A stretch of 63,215 bases of DNA, the filler included, from Octopus bimaculoides (lineage: Eukaryota), in assembly GCF_001194135.2 (NCBI RefSeq). It is 6 parts of 6 records of this genome, joined end to end, with 100 filler letters (N's around TTAATTAATTAA, not from the genome) between each part and the next. Parts side by side here need not be neighbours in the genome. Positions count along the whole stretch, not along the records: positions 1 to 20,429 come from NC_068983.1; 5 more parts are not named here. One strand, given 5' to 3'. The notes beneath the pieces were generated by a model. That model was not told the origin of the DNA. It worked only from the letters and a program-made list of their open reading frames with translations, and searched no databases. The stretch's first letter is position 1. Every line of letters starts with the position of its first letter. Below are positions 1-13,855 of the stretch, piece by piece. The position numbers and the translations under genes were made by a program.

Positions 1-1213
1 CGATATAGAAGATAGGAATTAGAACGAACCGAAATGACCTCTGTTTAAATTGGAGATATATCGACAAAGTTGTGGTCTTCATGTTTAATGAGAACAACTA
101 TTGGCTATATGTAGATATTCTCTTTTGAACCTATTTTGTACGAATGCAAGAACTGGAATTTGGCACAGAAATTAAACGTATTCCATAAACAATATCGCGA
201 TAAAAACGTACACGTGACTTTAAATATAGTATTTATCTTAAAAGACAAAAATCTAATGAAGATATGGCAAAAAGAAATTGTTGAGATGATCGTTGTTATT
301 GGAGCTTTTATTGTTGTTGTTGTTGTTGGTTCTTATTCCCCCATCACTTGCCTGTCCTTATCGAACAGAACTATGATCAACATCAAAGATATCCCTGCTT
401 AATCATTCTGTATATTTCTTTCTTTCTTCCTTTCATTTTTCTTAGATATTTATCTATAACTACGTTGCTCGTGACATCTCTGCGTTTAAGATGACAGGGT
501 CGTAATTTAACTGAACGATTTTCCTTGCTTATTCTATCTAACTGGTCAAGCTGTTTAAGAGCGAAGCGAGATGCCTTTCAGCTTATCACGTATTTATATT
601 TTTATATTTAAGGAGTTCAATTCTATCATGTCAGGTGTATGGAATGGAGAGTGGAAGCATCTGGTTTNNNNNNNNNNNNNNNNNNNNNNNNNNNNNNNNN
701 NNNNNNNNNNNNNNNNNNNNNNNNNNNNNNNNNNNNNNNNNNNNNNNNNNNNNNNNNNNNNNNNNNNNNNNNNNNNNNNNNNNNNNNNNNNNNNNNNNNN
801 NNNNNNNNNNNNNNNNNNNNNNNNNNNNNNNNNNNNNNNNNNNNNNNNNNNNNNNNNNNNNNNNNNNNNNNNNNNNNNNNNNNNNNNNNNNNNNNNNNNN
901 NNNNNNNNNNNNNNNNNNNNNNNNNNNNNNNNNNNNNNNNNNNNNNNNNNNNNNNNNNNNNNNNNNNNNNNNNNNNNNNNNNNNNNNNNNNNNNNNNNNN
1001 NNNNNNNNNNNNNNNNNNNNNNNNNNNNNNNNNNNNNNNNNNNNNNNNNNNNNNNNNNNNNNNNNNNNNNNNNNNNNNNNNNNNNNNNNNNNNNNNNNNN
1101 NNNNNNNNNNNNNNNNNNNNNNNNNNNNNNNNNNNNNNNNNNNNNNNNNNNNNNNNNNNNNNNNNNNNNNNNNNNNNNNNNNNNNNNNNNNNNNNNGTAT
1201 ATATATATATATA

Positions 1214-1627
1214 TACTCTTTTACTCTTTACTCTTTTACTTGTTTCAGTCATTTGACTGTGGCCATGCTGAAGCACCGCCTTTAGTCGAGCAAATCGACC
1301 CCATGACTTATTCTTTGTAAGTCTAGTACTTATTCTATCGACCCCTTTTGCCGAACCGCTAAGTTACGGAGACGTAAACACACCAGCATCGGTTGTCAAG
1401 CGATGTTGGGGGGACAAACACAGACACACAAACATACATACACACATACATATATGTATACATATTTACGACGGGCTTCTTTCAGTTTCCGTCCACCAAA
1501 TCCACTCACAAGGCTTTGGTCTGCCCGAGGCTATAGTAGAAGACATTTGCCCAAAGTGCCACGCATTGGGACTGAACCCGGAACCATGCAGTTCGTAAGC
1601 AAGCTACTTACCATACAGCCACTCCTG
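1214..1627 (-). mobile_element. tRNA-derived SINE family A (internal microsatellite, (AAAGAGT)n tail)
   Basis: Near-identical to copies at 4351, 10060, 17466 and 18266. Confidence 0.85.
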
Positions 1628-1889
1628 TTGTATATCGGGATTGTCATTTTCTTTTTTGCTAAATAAACACACGCACTATATATTTCTTAGTCACTCGTTT
1701 ATTACTGTTCTTGTTTTAACTCATTTCCATTGACCGGAAATCTTTCGTCACACGTCTGTGACCTCTTCAGTGATACTTCGTTTTCGTGTGTGCTTTTGCT
1801 CCACTCATTCCATTCTGATTTTCTATGATATGTATCCTTACGTGCGCATGCGTTTCCGTCCGTGTTTGTATGTGTGTGAGCGAGTGTGT

Positions 1890-2330
1890 GGAAACCTTAT
1901 CAGAAATGAAGAATAGCAGGATCCCCAAGCAGATGCTATATGGAGAACTTGTGAATGGAAAGAGACCTCGGCAGAAACCAAGACTACGATTTAAGGGCTG
2001 TGTCAAGTCCTCATTAAAGGCCTGTGATATGCAGGAGACTGACTATGATAGCAATTCCTGTTATCGCCACAAATTGAGGAAGCAGATTAAGGAGGGGGGC
2101 GACACTTTTGAGAGTGCACGTATTCTGCATGAAGAACTTGAGCATGCTGCTCGAAAGTGCACAGCTGGTGTAGTGAATGGGGGAAAGCTTGGTTTGCAAT
2201 ATTTGCAGTTGTGTATGCTTGTCAAGAGCGGAGCTCATTAGCCACCAGCGGAGCTGCAAATGCAAAATATAAGTCAGTCCTAGCCTAGAGCGCACAATGT
2301 TCCTGAAGGTCAGCAATGGTCTTCCTCGGA
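1890..2330 (+). mobile_element. RTE-clade LINE ORF2 3' fragment
   Basis: RIPKQMLYGELVNGKRPRQKPRLRFK matches the RTE/BovB-type C-terminal motif RxPKxLLYGEL..GKR..G.P..R.K. Confidence 0.75.
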
Positions 2331-2344
2331 TACGAGTGGACAGT

Positions 2345-2415
<71 letters not shown>

Positions 2416-3173
2416 CAAATAATATAATTAGTATATGCATATATACGTACATGTATGTATATACCTACATCTACATGTATATATAGATGCATATCTGGGT
2501 ACAGGACGTTGCAACAAAACGTGGACAAAATGATAAATGGAGTACAGAAAACACACAGGCCACATAGAGAACATTTCCTTCATCAGGTGCTACCATTCTG
2601 AAACTAAGCGTTTCGAAGAGTTAGGGTAGGACGCATTGTTAGAATGGTTCTTCCTACGGACCACAAATTAAATTTAAATTAAATTTGTAACGTGGAGGAA
2701 TGTAGTGGCGGAGAGAAAACAAGACAGGATAGCGAAACAGGGAAAGTAAACAAGAAAGTCTATACGGCCAGACGTGAAAAAATATGTGTATACTGAACGC
2801 TATATATACACACATGGATATGAATATAAAATCTCTAACAAATGTTGGGTGCTGTAAGAAGACTATCATAAACAGTAGTAAAGTGGCTATCGTTCAGTTG
2901 TCTCCAATCCAACTTGTGCTTTTTCGCAGACATCCAACATATTTAGAATTTCGAAAGACAATTTTTACAACTATAATTATTTATAAGATTGTCACTTTGG
3001 TGACAAATGCCAGATAGGAAAAGAAATTGAAATATCAACGTTGTGAAGTTGTTCTCTTGCCAATTCTAAACTAATAAATATATAATAAATTGATATTGCC
3101 CTGTAAGACTCTATATGTATGTATGCTTGTATGTATGTACGTATGTATGTACGTATGTATGTATGTATGTACT

Positions 3174-3221
<48 letters not shown>

Positions 3222-4034
3222 NNNNNNNNNNNNNNNNNNNNNNNNNNNNNNNNNNNNNNNNNNNNNNNNNNNNNNNNNNNNNNNNNNNNNNNNNNNNNNN
3301 NNNNNNNNNNNNNNNNNNNNNNNNNNNNNNNNNNNNNNNNNNNNNNNNNNNNNNNNNNNNNNNNNNNNNNNNNNNNNNNNNNNNNNNNNNNNNNNNNNNN
3401 NNNNNNNNNNNNNNNNNNNNNNNNNNNNNNNNNNNNNNNNNNNNNNNNNNNNNNNNNNNNNNNNNNNNNNNNNNNNNNNNNNNNNNNNNNNNNNNNNNNN
3501 NNNNNNNNNTATACATATATACACAGAAAGACAGACAGACAGACAGACAGATAGACAGGCAGACAGACAAACAGATAGATAGGTAGATAGATAGATAGAA
3601 TATTATTCAACACAGATTGATTCGGCTCCCTGAGACTTGTAGTTTCGCAGGTTTGTAGCAGAAACATGGTTCCTTTTTGTTTAGACTACCGAATAGAGGA
3701 ACACAGGAAGTTCAAGATGGTTACTAGAAGTCGAAAGTGGCTACTGAAAAATGGGCTGCTAGTGGTCAAGGTGAATCACACGGGGTTGTTAGGGGTAAGA
3801 TCGGCATTTTAGCGACAACAGATGCGTTAGGATGAGCAATGGTAGGATAGGAAGCTGGTGGCGTCTTCCTTTCTGGGAAGCTGACAGAAAAGCAAGGCCA
3901 GCGTCTGTGCGTGTGTGTACCAGGTGCATGATAGTGTAGATGTGGGTGTGTTAGTGGTTGTATTAGCCTGTGTGTGTATATGTATGCGTGTGTGTTCGAT
4001 AAAATAAGTATCAGTTGAACACCGAGGTTGATGC

Positions 4035-4265
4035 GGAGACGCGTGGCTTAGTGGTTAGGGGTGTTAGACTCACTACTGTAAGATTGTGGTTTCGATTTCT
4101 GGACTGGGCGCGACGCGTTGTCTTCTTGAGCAAAACACTTCATTCCACGTTGCTCCAGTTGAATCGGCTGAGAAAAAGTGAGTGATCCTGTGACGGACTG
4201 GCGTTCTGTCCAAGGTGCAAATATATTATACGTCATGGAAACCGGGAAACCGGCTCTTATGGGGG
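4035..4265 (+). mobile_element. tRNA-derived SINE family D
   Basis: GCGTGGCTTAGTGGTTAGGG...GGTTTCGATTTC...TTCTTGAGCAAAACACTT; related copies at 5188, ~35940 and ~59640. Confidence 0.75.
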
Positions 4266-4350
4266 TCGGCATACTTTTTACTGGGATCGATGTTATCGAT
4301 TTTCACTTCACCTCAAAATTGTTTTCTTCGTGTTACCTTTACATTAGGGC

Positions 4351-4517
4351 GCAGGAGTAGCTGTGTGGTAAGTAGCTTGCTTACCAGCCACATGGTTCTG
4401 GGTTCAGTCCCACTGCGTGGCACCTTGGGCAAGTGTCTTCTACCATAGCCTCAGGCCGACCAAAGCCTTGTGAGTGGATTTTGGTAGACGGAAACTGAAA
4501 GAAGCCCGTCGTATATA

Positions 4518-4566
<49 letters not shown>

Positions 4567-4708
4567 NNNNNNNNNNNNNNNNNNNNNNNNNNNNNNNNNN
4601 NNNNNNNNNNNNNNNNNNNNNNNNNNNNNNNNNNNNNNNNNNNNNNNNNNNNNNNNNNNNNNNNNNNNNNNNNNNNNNNNNNNNNNNNNNNNNNNNNNNN
4701 NNNNNNNN

Positions 4709-4756
<48 letters not shown>

Positions 4757-4958
4757 TGTGTCTGTGTTTGTCCCAACTAACATCGCTTGACAACCGATGC
4801 TGGTGTGTTTACGTCCCCGTAACTTAGTGGTTCGGCAAAAGAGAACCGATAGAATAAGTACTAGGCTTACAAAGAATAATTTCTGGGATCGATTTGCTCG
4901 ACTAAAAGGCGGTGCTCCAGCATGGCCGCAGTCAAATGACTGAAACAAGTAAAAAAAA
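4351..4958 (+). mobile_element. SINE family A
   Basis: Head GTAGCTGTGTGGTAAG...GGTTCAGTCCC, CCTTGGGCAAG core, internal (TG)n with gap, shared 3' part. Confidence 0.85.
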
Positions 4959-5187
4959 TGGAATGACTTACCACACCTACTACTATATCTAGTAGATCAA
5001 GCCATTACTTACCTGATAAGCCCTTTATTGGCTTATCACAGTTGTAGCATCTTCTTGACCTTTAGATGAAGATTAGTTTTTGCGACATTTGCAATACCAC
5101 TTCACTATGAGACTTGAACAAATTTCTAGTCAGGTGATCGATTTATTACATCATTCACCGCCGCGCGCGCGCGCATGCACACACAGT

Positions 5188-5355
5188 GGAGGCGCGTGGC
5201 TTAGTGGTTAAGGTGTTGAAGTCATGATCGTAAGATTGCGGTTTCAATTCCTGGATCGGGCGAAACATTGTGTTCTTGAGCAAAACACTTCATTCCAAGT
5301 CCACTCAATAATCCTGCGACGGACCGGCCTTCCGTCCAGATGGGGAATATATATG
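5188..5355 (+). mobile_element. SINE family D, joined to the RTE RT fragment
   Basis: Matches the 4035 copy. Confidence 0.7.
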
Positions 5356-5359
5356 CCAT

Positions 5360-5585
5360 GGAAACTGTGAAAGACATTCCATGCCTTTGTTCGTGAGCTC
5401 CTTTATGCTGATGATGTACTTCTCCTTGCTCACACCGAGGAGGACACTCAGGCTATATTGGATCTCTTCTCTAGAGCTTGTATTGCTTTTAGACTTACCA
5501 TTAGTCTAAAGAAAACAAAGATCACGTTCTCTCAGCCACCAGGCCAGCCCTATGTGGAGCCTAACATTTTCGTACAGGGTCAAGA
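5360..5585 (+). mobile_element. RTE-clade LINE reverse-transcriptase fragment
   Basis: RELLYADDVLLLAHTEED...FRLTISLKKTK contains the YADD motif. Confidence 0.8.
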
Positions 5586-5735
5586 CCAAGAGCATAGTAT
5601 GCCTTTATACTTTCTATGTCAGATTAGGATCTGCCATGTTAATGATATCGATATATTTGTGATAGAAATGCGGACATTAAGCTTAGGCATATGCATTGTA
5701 ACGTTGCGAAGGTAGTCTCCCAATCATAGCTCGCT

Positions 5736-5780
<45 letters not shown>

Positions 5781-6465
5781 CAGACAGACAGACAGACAGA
5801 GAAGGAGACAGAGACACAGAGACAGACAGAAACAGATACAGAGAGACACAGAGATAGGGACAGAGAGACAGAGAGACGGAGAGAGTGAGAGAGAGACTGA
5901 GAGAGGAGAGGATGTAAGAGAAAGAAAGAAGACAGACAGACAAAGGATGGGGTAGGGAGGATTGGATTGAAAAAGGTTAGATATTTCGGAATTATAATGA
6001 AATTGTATCTACTCTACAAAACCCATTGGTAAACGTACTCATTAAAAGTGGAAATAAAAATTATTACTATACAATGGTGCCAAAAGTACACCTAAAATAA
6101 AATCGAACTGCATATCGAAATAAATACATAATATATTCTTTATTTTCTCTGGAAACTATCGTGTTTCCAGTAGTTAAACATACATAGAAGTATAAGAACA
6201 CGGGATGCTATCATTAACAGAAACGCAAAAGGAGTTTTATGAGATTTGTATCGTTCTTTTTTTTTATTCAACATATTAACAAAGTGGTGATATATAGAGA
6301 AGCAATTGAAATGTCAAGAAAACAAAGAAGCTCAATTTGTAACAGACTTTACAAAAGTGCATACAATAATTTCCCAAATAGTATGCAATTTAAAATTAAT
6401 TGACATTTTACATGTTTTTGTGTGTATGAAGGACATACGTAAGTACGTGTATGTATGTACTGAAA

Positions 6466-6510
<45 letters not shown>

Positions 6511-7424
6511 TGTATATATAATATAATGTTAGGATAAAGACTTTAGAAGAATTTATCAAGTAGTTAGCGTGAAAAACCCTCATAAGGATAAAAACTATCA
6601 TTTTTCTTTTACATAAATATATATAATTTAATTTATATAAGGGCATTTCTATACAATAATGCTTCACGCTTAGAGGGACTCCATAAGTCAACACTACCAA
6701 AATAAGCACATTTTTACCGATCGCGAGGGAATGCAACTTTCAAAGCTAACCTCCTAAAGACATTTAACTTAACGGTAAACCAATGGTTTCATAATTAATG
6801 CAGTAGACTGCATCTTTTATTCATCAGTACACGTATGGTCAAGACACATAAAAATAAACAAAAATCAACATACCCTGACGAACTTTCCATGTATTCAGCA
6901 TAGTACATAGTCGATTGTTTATCCCTATACATCCATGAAAGGGGCGGGCGTTTTAAGTTACACATGTGCCGAAGTGTGTATATATACACACACAAGCATA
7001 CGAATACTCATGTTTAGGCACGTGTATATACATATATATACACATTATATTCATTGTGATAGTATTTTTTTCTATCCAGCACATGGTGTCTGGATGGATA
7101 ATTGAACTGGTCGTATGTTTGTGTGCATATATATGTATTTATGTACAATTTTTGGTATATTTCATTGACAAAGGCAAAGTATTTCTATACAGAGCCAGAA
7201 ACCCAGGGTCTGGAATTATCCAATTTTTACTAGTTTATTTATCTATTTGTCGTCTCACCTTGTGCTGTATTGAATACTTGATGGGGTTTTAGAGTCAGAT
7301 TTTGACTGCTATTACAAGCATGGTGGTATCTCTTAGATACCCTTATTTATAATTTTATATGTATATATATATAGTTGCCATGATTGACCGTTAAATATTC
7401 TCCTTCTTTTATTTCCTCGTGTTC

Positions 7425-7460
7425 CTTTCTATTGAAGAGCGTAGGCTCGAAAGGTAAAAG
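7425..7460 (+). ncRNA. Degenerate minimal hammerhead motif, second family, in a Penelope-like terminal repeat (~7395-7570)
   Basis: CTTT CTATTGA A GAGC GTAG GCTC GAAA GGTA AAAG: stems I and II pair perfectly, core mutated. Confidence 0.5.
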
Positions 7461-7810
7461 ACTTTCTCACCTTCCTGAGCGTCAAACTAATGCACTTGCT
7501 TGCTGTTTATACACCTTACACATTTCTTCGTCTTTTGTTTTGTTTTTCTGTAAATTTCAACTATATATATGTCAAAATAAGCAACGATGATATCCAGAGG
7601 TAATGCAGTACGGTCGTTTCATGCAACTCCATTTAATTGAACAATGCAATCATTACATAAAGTTAAAATGCAGAGCAATCTTCAGTTGCACAAAGACATA
7701 AAATTTAATTAAATTAGAACAGATGGACACATGAGTATAATTATACCTAAAATCTCTAAGAAGCTAAGGAAATAGACAAAGAACATGCTGTCTCCGCTCA
7801 AGCATAGAAG

Positions 7811-7848
<38 letters not shown>

Positions 7849-8516
7849 NNNNNNNNNNNNNNNNNNNNNNNNNNNNNNNNNNNNNNNNNNNNNNNNNNNN
7901 NNNNNNNNNNNNNNNNNNNNNNNNNNNNNNNNNNNNNNNNNNNNNNNNNNNNNNNNNNNNNNNNNNNNNNNNNNNNNNNNNNNNNNNNNNNNNNNNNNNN
8001 NNNNNNNNNNNNNNNNNNNNNNNNNNNNNNNNNNNNNNNNNNNNNNNNNNNNNNNNNNNNNNNNNNNNNNNNNNNNNNNNNNNNNNNNNNNNNNNNNNNN
8101 NNNNNNNNNNNNNNNNNNNNNNNNNNNNNNNNNNNNNNNNNNNNNNNNNNNNNNNNNNNNNNNNNNNNNNNNNNNNNNNNNNNNNNNNNNNNNNNNNNNN
8201 NNNNNNNNNNNNNNNNNNNNNNNNNNNNNNNNNNNNNNNNNNNNNNNNNNNNNNNNNNNNNNNNNNNNNNNNNNNNNNNNNNNNNNNNNNNNNNNNNNNN
8301 NNNNNNNNNNNNNNNNNNNNNNNNNNNNNNNNNNNNNNNNNNNNNNNNNNNNNNNNNNNNNNNNNNNNNNNNNNNNNNNNNNNNNNNNNNNNNNNNNNNN
8401 NNNNNNNNNNNNNNNNNNNNNNNNNNNNNNNNNNNNNNNNNNNNNNNNNNNNNNNNNNNNNNNNNNNNNNNNNNNNNNNNNNNNNNNNNNNNNNNNNNNN
8501 NNNNNNNNNNNNNNNN

Positions 8517-8562
<46 letters not shown>

Positions 8563-8909
8563 TGTTTATGTTTGTGTCTGTGTATACGTGTATATGAATG
8601 TGTGTGTGCATATGTATGTACGTACGTGTATAATATGTCTGCGCGCGCGCGTGTGTTTGCGGAAAGGTTTAGTAGTGGCTGGCATCGTTCCCAGTGTTTT
8701 CTCCGATGTAACTTATGATTAATTATTTCAAGATAAAATCTTGACAGACCGACAAAACTGAACTGGAATTATTTGTCCATAATTACTCTGTATTTTTGGC
8801 ATTTGTTGTGTGTTTACTGTACATTAAATTATACCATTTGTTTTCACTGAAATAACTAACAATCAAACATATATATACATACGTAAGTACGTATGCACAC
8901 ATAAACAAA

Positions 8910-8950
<41 letters not shown>

Positions 8951-9217
8951 TCACGCACAAACATGCAAAGGTATATGTATATATATATATATATATGCGC
9001 GAGCGCAAGAAATATTCCAATAAAAAGGTTTAAAAAACATAACGTGTTCAAACACAGCTTCAAAGATTACGTATGTATATTTACGTGTCTGTCTGTCAGT
9101 ATATGTATGTATGTATGTATGTATATTTATGTATGTAAGTATATGTAGATAGACAGATTTTTATATATGCATGCCTACAATATATACTGTAAATATACTG
9201 TATGTATGTATGTATGT

Positions 9218-9272
<55 letters not shown>

Positions 9273-9273
<1 letters not shown>

Positions 9274-9715
9274 GCGGCGAGCTGGCAGAAACATTACCTC
9301 GCCGGGCGAAATGTTTAGTGGTATTACGTCTGCCGCTACGTTCTGAGTTCAAATTCAGCCGAGGTCGACTTTGCCTTTCATCCTTTCTATTAAATAAGTA
9401 CAAGTTACGCACTGTGATCGATATAATCGACTTAATCCGTTTGTCTGTCCTTGTTTGTCCCTTCTGTGTTTAGCCCCTTGTGGCTAGTAAAGAAATAAGA
9501 AACGTTACCCCGCCGGGCGAAATGTTTAGTGGTATTTCGTCTGCCGTTACGTTCTGAGTTCAAATTCCGCCCAGGTCGACTTTGCCTTTCATCCTTTCCG
9601 GGTCGATAAATTAAGTACCAGTTATGCACTGGGGTGGATGTAATCGACTTAATCCATTTGTCTGTCCTTGTTTGTTCCCCCTATGTTTAGCCCCTTGTGG
9701 GCAATAAAGAAATAA
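9273..9715 (+). mobile_element. Tandem dimer of tRNA-derived SINE family C inside a (GATA)n array
   Basis: Two consecutive units with GAGCTGGCAGAA head and GAGTTCAAATTC B box; (GATA)n on both flanks. Confidence 0.8.
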
Positions 9716-9722
9716 GATAGAC

Positions 9723-9768
<46 letters not shown>

Positions 9769-10059
9769 AACGTGTAATATAATATAATGTGAGTGTGTAT
9801 CTTATCTTTTACCTTTTATTGCTTGAGTCATTAGACAACGGCCAGGCTGGGGTACCGCATTGAAGAATTTAAGTCTAACGAATCGGTCCCATTACTCACA
9901 TGTTTTTAAAACCTGATACTTATTCCATCGGACTCTTTGCCGAATAGTTGAGTTATGGGGACGTGAACACACTAAGCAAGGTTGACAATCGCACGGCAAA
10001 AAGAGGAAACGGAAAATTCAGACGCAAGACATGTACATGCCTGTTCCTCGTCAGTTATC

Positions 10060-10268
10060 TCTCTTTTACTCTTTTACTCTTTTACTTGTTTCAGTCATTT
10101 GACTGCGGCCATGCTAGAGCACCGCCTTTAGTAGAGCAAATCGACCCCAGGATTTATTCTTTGAATGCCTAGTACTTATTCTATCGGTCTCTTTTGCCGA
10201 ACCGCTAGATTACGGGGACGTAAACACACCAGCATCGGTTGTCAAGCGATGTTGGGGAGACAAATACA

Positions 10269-10344
<76 letters not shown>

Positions 10345-10490
10345 TTTCTATATGACGAGCTTCTTTCAGTTTCCGTTACCAAATCCACTCACAAGGCTTT
10401 GGTCGGGCCGAGGCTATAGTAGAAGACACTTGCCCAAGCCGCCACGCAGTAGGACTGAACCTAGAACCATGTGGTTGGTAAGAAAGCTAC
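10060..10490 (-). mobile_element. SINE family A
   Basis: Multi-copy match within the window. Confidence 0.85.
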
Positions 10491-10643
10491 TTAAATTTTT
10501 TATAACTTCATTCGTACAAATATATTTTTTTTAAAGAAAAGAAAATCCACTGGCAATGAAGGACCCCAAGCTCTTATTACATACATACATACATGCATGC
10601 ATACATACATACATATATTCATACATACATACATACATACAGT

Positions 10644-11025
10644 GGAGGCGCAATGGCCCAGTGGTTAGGGAAGCAGATTCGCGGTCATAGGGTCGCGGTT
10701 TCGATTCCCAGACCGGGCGTTGTGAGTGTTTGTTGAGCGAAAACACCTAAAGCACCACGAGGCTCCTGCAAGGGATGGTGGCGAACCCTGCTGTACTCTT
10801 TCACCATTTACTTTCTCTCACTCTTACTTCCAATTTCTGTTGTGCCTGTAATTCAAAGGCCCAGCCTTGTCACACTGTGTCACGCTGAATATCCCCGAGA
10901 ACTACGTTAAGGGTACACGTGTCTGTGGAATGCTCAGCCACTTGCACGTTAATTTCACGAGCAGGCTGTTCCGTTGATCGGATCAACTGAAACCCTCGAC
11001 GTCGTAAGCGACGGAGTGCCAACAA
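10644..11025 (+). mobile_element. tRNA-derived SINE family B
   Basis: A box TGGCCCAGTGG, B box GGTTTCGATTCCC, (AAC) tail; matches copies at 13476 and 19188. Confidence 0.85.
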
Positions 11026-11608
11026 CACACATACATACATACACACATACATACATACATACATACATACATACATACATACATACATACATACACAAAA
11101 GCACACGCTTATGCATGTGTGTTCGTGTATTGAATTGGCACTGCTATGGCCGAGTGGATAAGGTGTTCGCTTTGCTATCACGTCTCTAGGGATCGAAAAT
11201 GTTCTCTATCATAACTTTGGGTCGACCAACAACCTCTTAGAAAAAATTGGAGGGTAGACTGTGGATTGAACATGCTGTCCAAAGGAACGGCCATAGCAAT
11301 TATATATTGTCACACTGGTTCGCTAATGCTAATTTCACTGGGTAATGCTCAATAACTAATTCAATGAACGCATAATTCAGTTGAGTCTGTGTTGGTCATG
11401 CAAGTGTCTATTTGTCTGTCGGATTTTCTCGCTTTCTCACGCTAAGTGTGTGTGTGTATATACTGGGAAACACACACACACACATACTGGCAACATGTTT
11501 ACGGATGTATATATCAGTAAATGCTCACACCTACCAACATGTGTGCGAGTGTATATTTGTGTGTGCTTGCTTATCTATTTGTATGGATATATATATATNN
11601 NNNNNNNN

Positions 11609-11642
<34 letters not shown>

Positions 11643-11782
11643 GTATGTATAAATGTATGTACATCCATGTGCATGTGTTTACACACACACACATATATAT
11701 AGAGGGGAGGGAGAGAGAGAAGGAAATGTATATATATTTTTATATTCATATACATACTAGTATTTTATATGCCTGCTAATAG

Positions 11783-11813
<31 letters not shown>

Positions 11814-12311
11814 TGTATGTATATAGTCTCCAAAAATAAAACAGCACAATAAGGAGAAAAAAACAAGATGGAGTTAACTGTTATCTCGTGAGATTAATCA
11901 AAGGATAACACCTTATTGGTGGCGAAAGAAATTTTTGCTTCCAAAAAACGAAAGTGAAAGTTGCAGTAATTGTGGATATCTATTTCATTTGACTTCGAAA
12001 TATTTGAATAAATATAGATGGAAACCAAGAAATTTGTGTGTGTGAGAGAAATAGAGAGAGAGAGGGGGAGAGACGTAGCGAATCAAAGAGGGAGGTGGGA
12101 GAGGGGAAGAAACTAAAAAAATAAATTTCTTATTTTCTTTTATTAAAAACAGAAGGAAAACTAAAATTGCATTTATGCTTTTGTCTGGGTTTTTTTTTTC
12201 TTCTTTTATTTTAATTTACTTTGTATTTCGTGTGATTTATTCATTTATTTACTTATCTAATTGGCAAGCGTTGCAAAATTGTGGTACTCTTTGTGCGTGT
12301 GTGTGTGCGTG

Positions 12312-12362
<51 letters not shown>

Positions 12363-12383
12363 NNNNNNNNNNTCTGTGTGTGT

Positions 12384-12414
<31 letters not shown>

Positions 12415-12861
12415 CAATAGAGAAAACTGGAGTGAAAGAGCTTTATGCTCCCGCTAAACCAAATCTTTGATCCGGTTTCGATACCAGCATGAAACTATAT
12501 TGTTAATCCACGCGGTCACTCGACTTGCAAAAGAGAACACCTATGTCCAAGCGTAAAACACGTCCAGTAGGCCTTAATCCTTTAGCATTCAGATTAGGGT
12601 TAAATGTGAAGCATATTGGTTCACATTATTTGAATTAACCATACATTAACTCAAAGCTTCAAGATTTCAACGATGTGCTTGTATATTTCGAGAAAAACAT
12701 TGTAGGGTAGATGTGAGAGGCTAGATCTGGCCAGTTTGAATAAATAACAGGTAGAATATTTGGGTCAGATATGGTCTGTTTAAATGTTAAATCGTTAAAG
12801 AAAAAAACATGAAAATGTGAAATGTGTAGCCAAGGTTATTCTTTCGTTCATTCATATTGAT

Positions 12862-13203
12862 CAATGCTTCTCAACCATGGTTCATTCTGATCTTTGGGGG
12901 GTCCATACAAGATTTTTAGGGCTTCACGTTAGCAAAACAGTATACCGGAGATCCACAGTTGCATTTTAAGGTTCCGTTTAAGTTTTGATTTCAATGTGTC
13001 TATTGCAAGAAACAGGTTTTCTTTCTCAAAAATTTACATAATTCAACCTACATAAATTAATGTGTGAAAAGCAGCGTAGGAATTTTAAATTTTGAAATGT
13101 ATAAAATTAGTTTTTAAACATCGAATGGCTATGAGGGTTCACCAGAATAAAAACAGTAAGCAAAGGGGACCATAAGTAAAAAATGGTTGAGTACCACCCA
13201 CTG
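12862..13203. mobile_element. hAT (Charlie-like) MITE with 8-bp TSD
   Basis: Ends CAATGCTTCTCAACC and GGTTGAGTACCAC(CCA)CTG; flanks ATATTGAT and ATATAGAT (7/8 match). Confidence 0.7.
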
Positions 13204-13475
13204 ATATAGATGATGACTACCATATTTTATAACAGAAAAAACGCAAGGACTTATTTGACGTACCTCGATTTCGGTAGCGTATATTCAAGTAAAAAGAATG
13301 TTTTAGTACATTGTAGTTTATGGACGGCCCATCTTAGCGTACAGGTCCCGGGGAAATTTGGGAATTTTTTTAAAGTACATCTTATTTGTCGTCACATATA
13401 GTACAACATCAGGGATGTATCCGAGAAAGCATAAAAAAACTCCGTCCTTTGTTGCCAATATACTGGCAGCTCTGT

Positions 13476-13855
13476 GGAGGCACAATGGCCCAGTGGTTAG
13501 GGCAGTGGACTCGCGGTCATAGGATCGCGGTTTCGATTCCCAGACCGGGCGTTGTGAGTGTTTATTGAGCGAAAACACCTAAAGCTCCACAAGGCTCCGG
13601 CAGGGAATGGTGGTGAACCCTGCTGTACTCTTTCACCACAACTTTCTCTTACTCTTCCTGTTTCTGTTGTGCCTGTAATTCAAAGGGCCAGCCTTGTCAC
13701 ACTGTGCCACGCTGAATCTCCCCGAGAACTACGTTAAGGGTACACGTGTCTCTGGAGTGCTCAGCCACTTGCACGTTAATTTCACGAGCAGGCTGTTCCG
13801 TTGATCGGATCAACTGGAACCCTCGACGTCGTAAGCGATAGAGTGCCAACAACAA
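13476..13855 (+). mobile_element. SINE family B with 14-bp TSD
   Basis: ACTGGCAGCTCTGT (13462-13475) and ACTGGCAGCTCCGT (13856-13869). Confidence 0.9.

Noticed and set aside
2575-2625. CTGATGA and GAAAC on the minus strand in permuted order (type II hammerhead?)
   Set aside because: No stem I can form and stem II has only ~3 bp, so it is not a supportable ribozyme.
9273-9715. Repeat-spacer-like pattern suggesting a CRISPR array
   Set aside because: Eukaryotic context; the units are whole SINEs without unique spacers, and no cas genes are present.
10644-10720. tRNA-like sequences as real tRNA genes
   Set aside because: They lack complete acceptor stems and continue into shared SINE bodies, so they are SINE heads.
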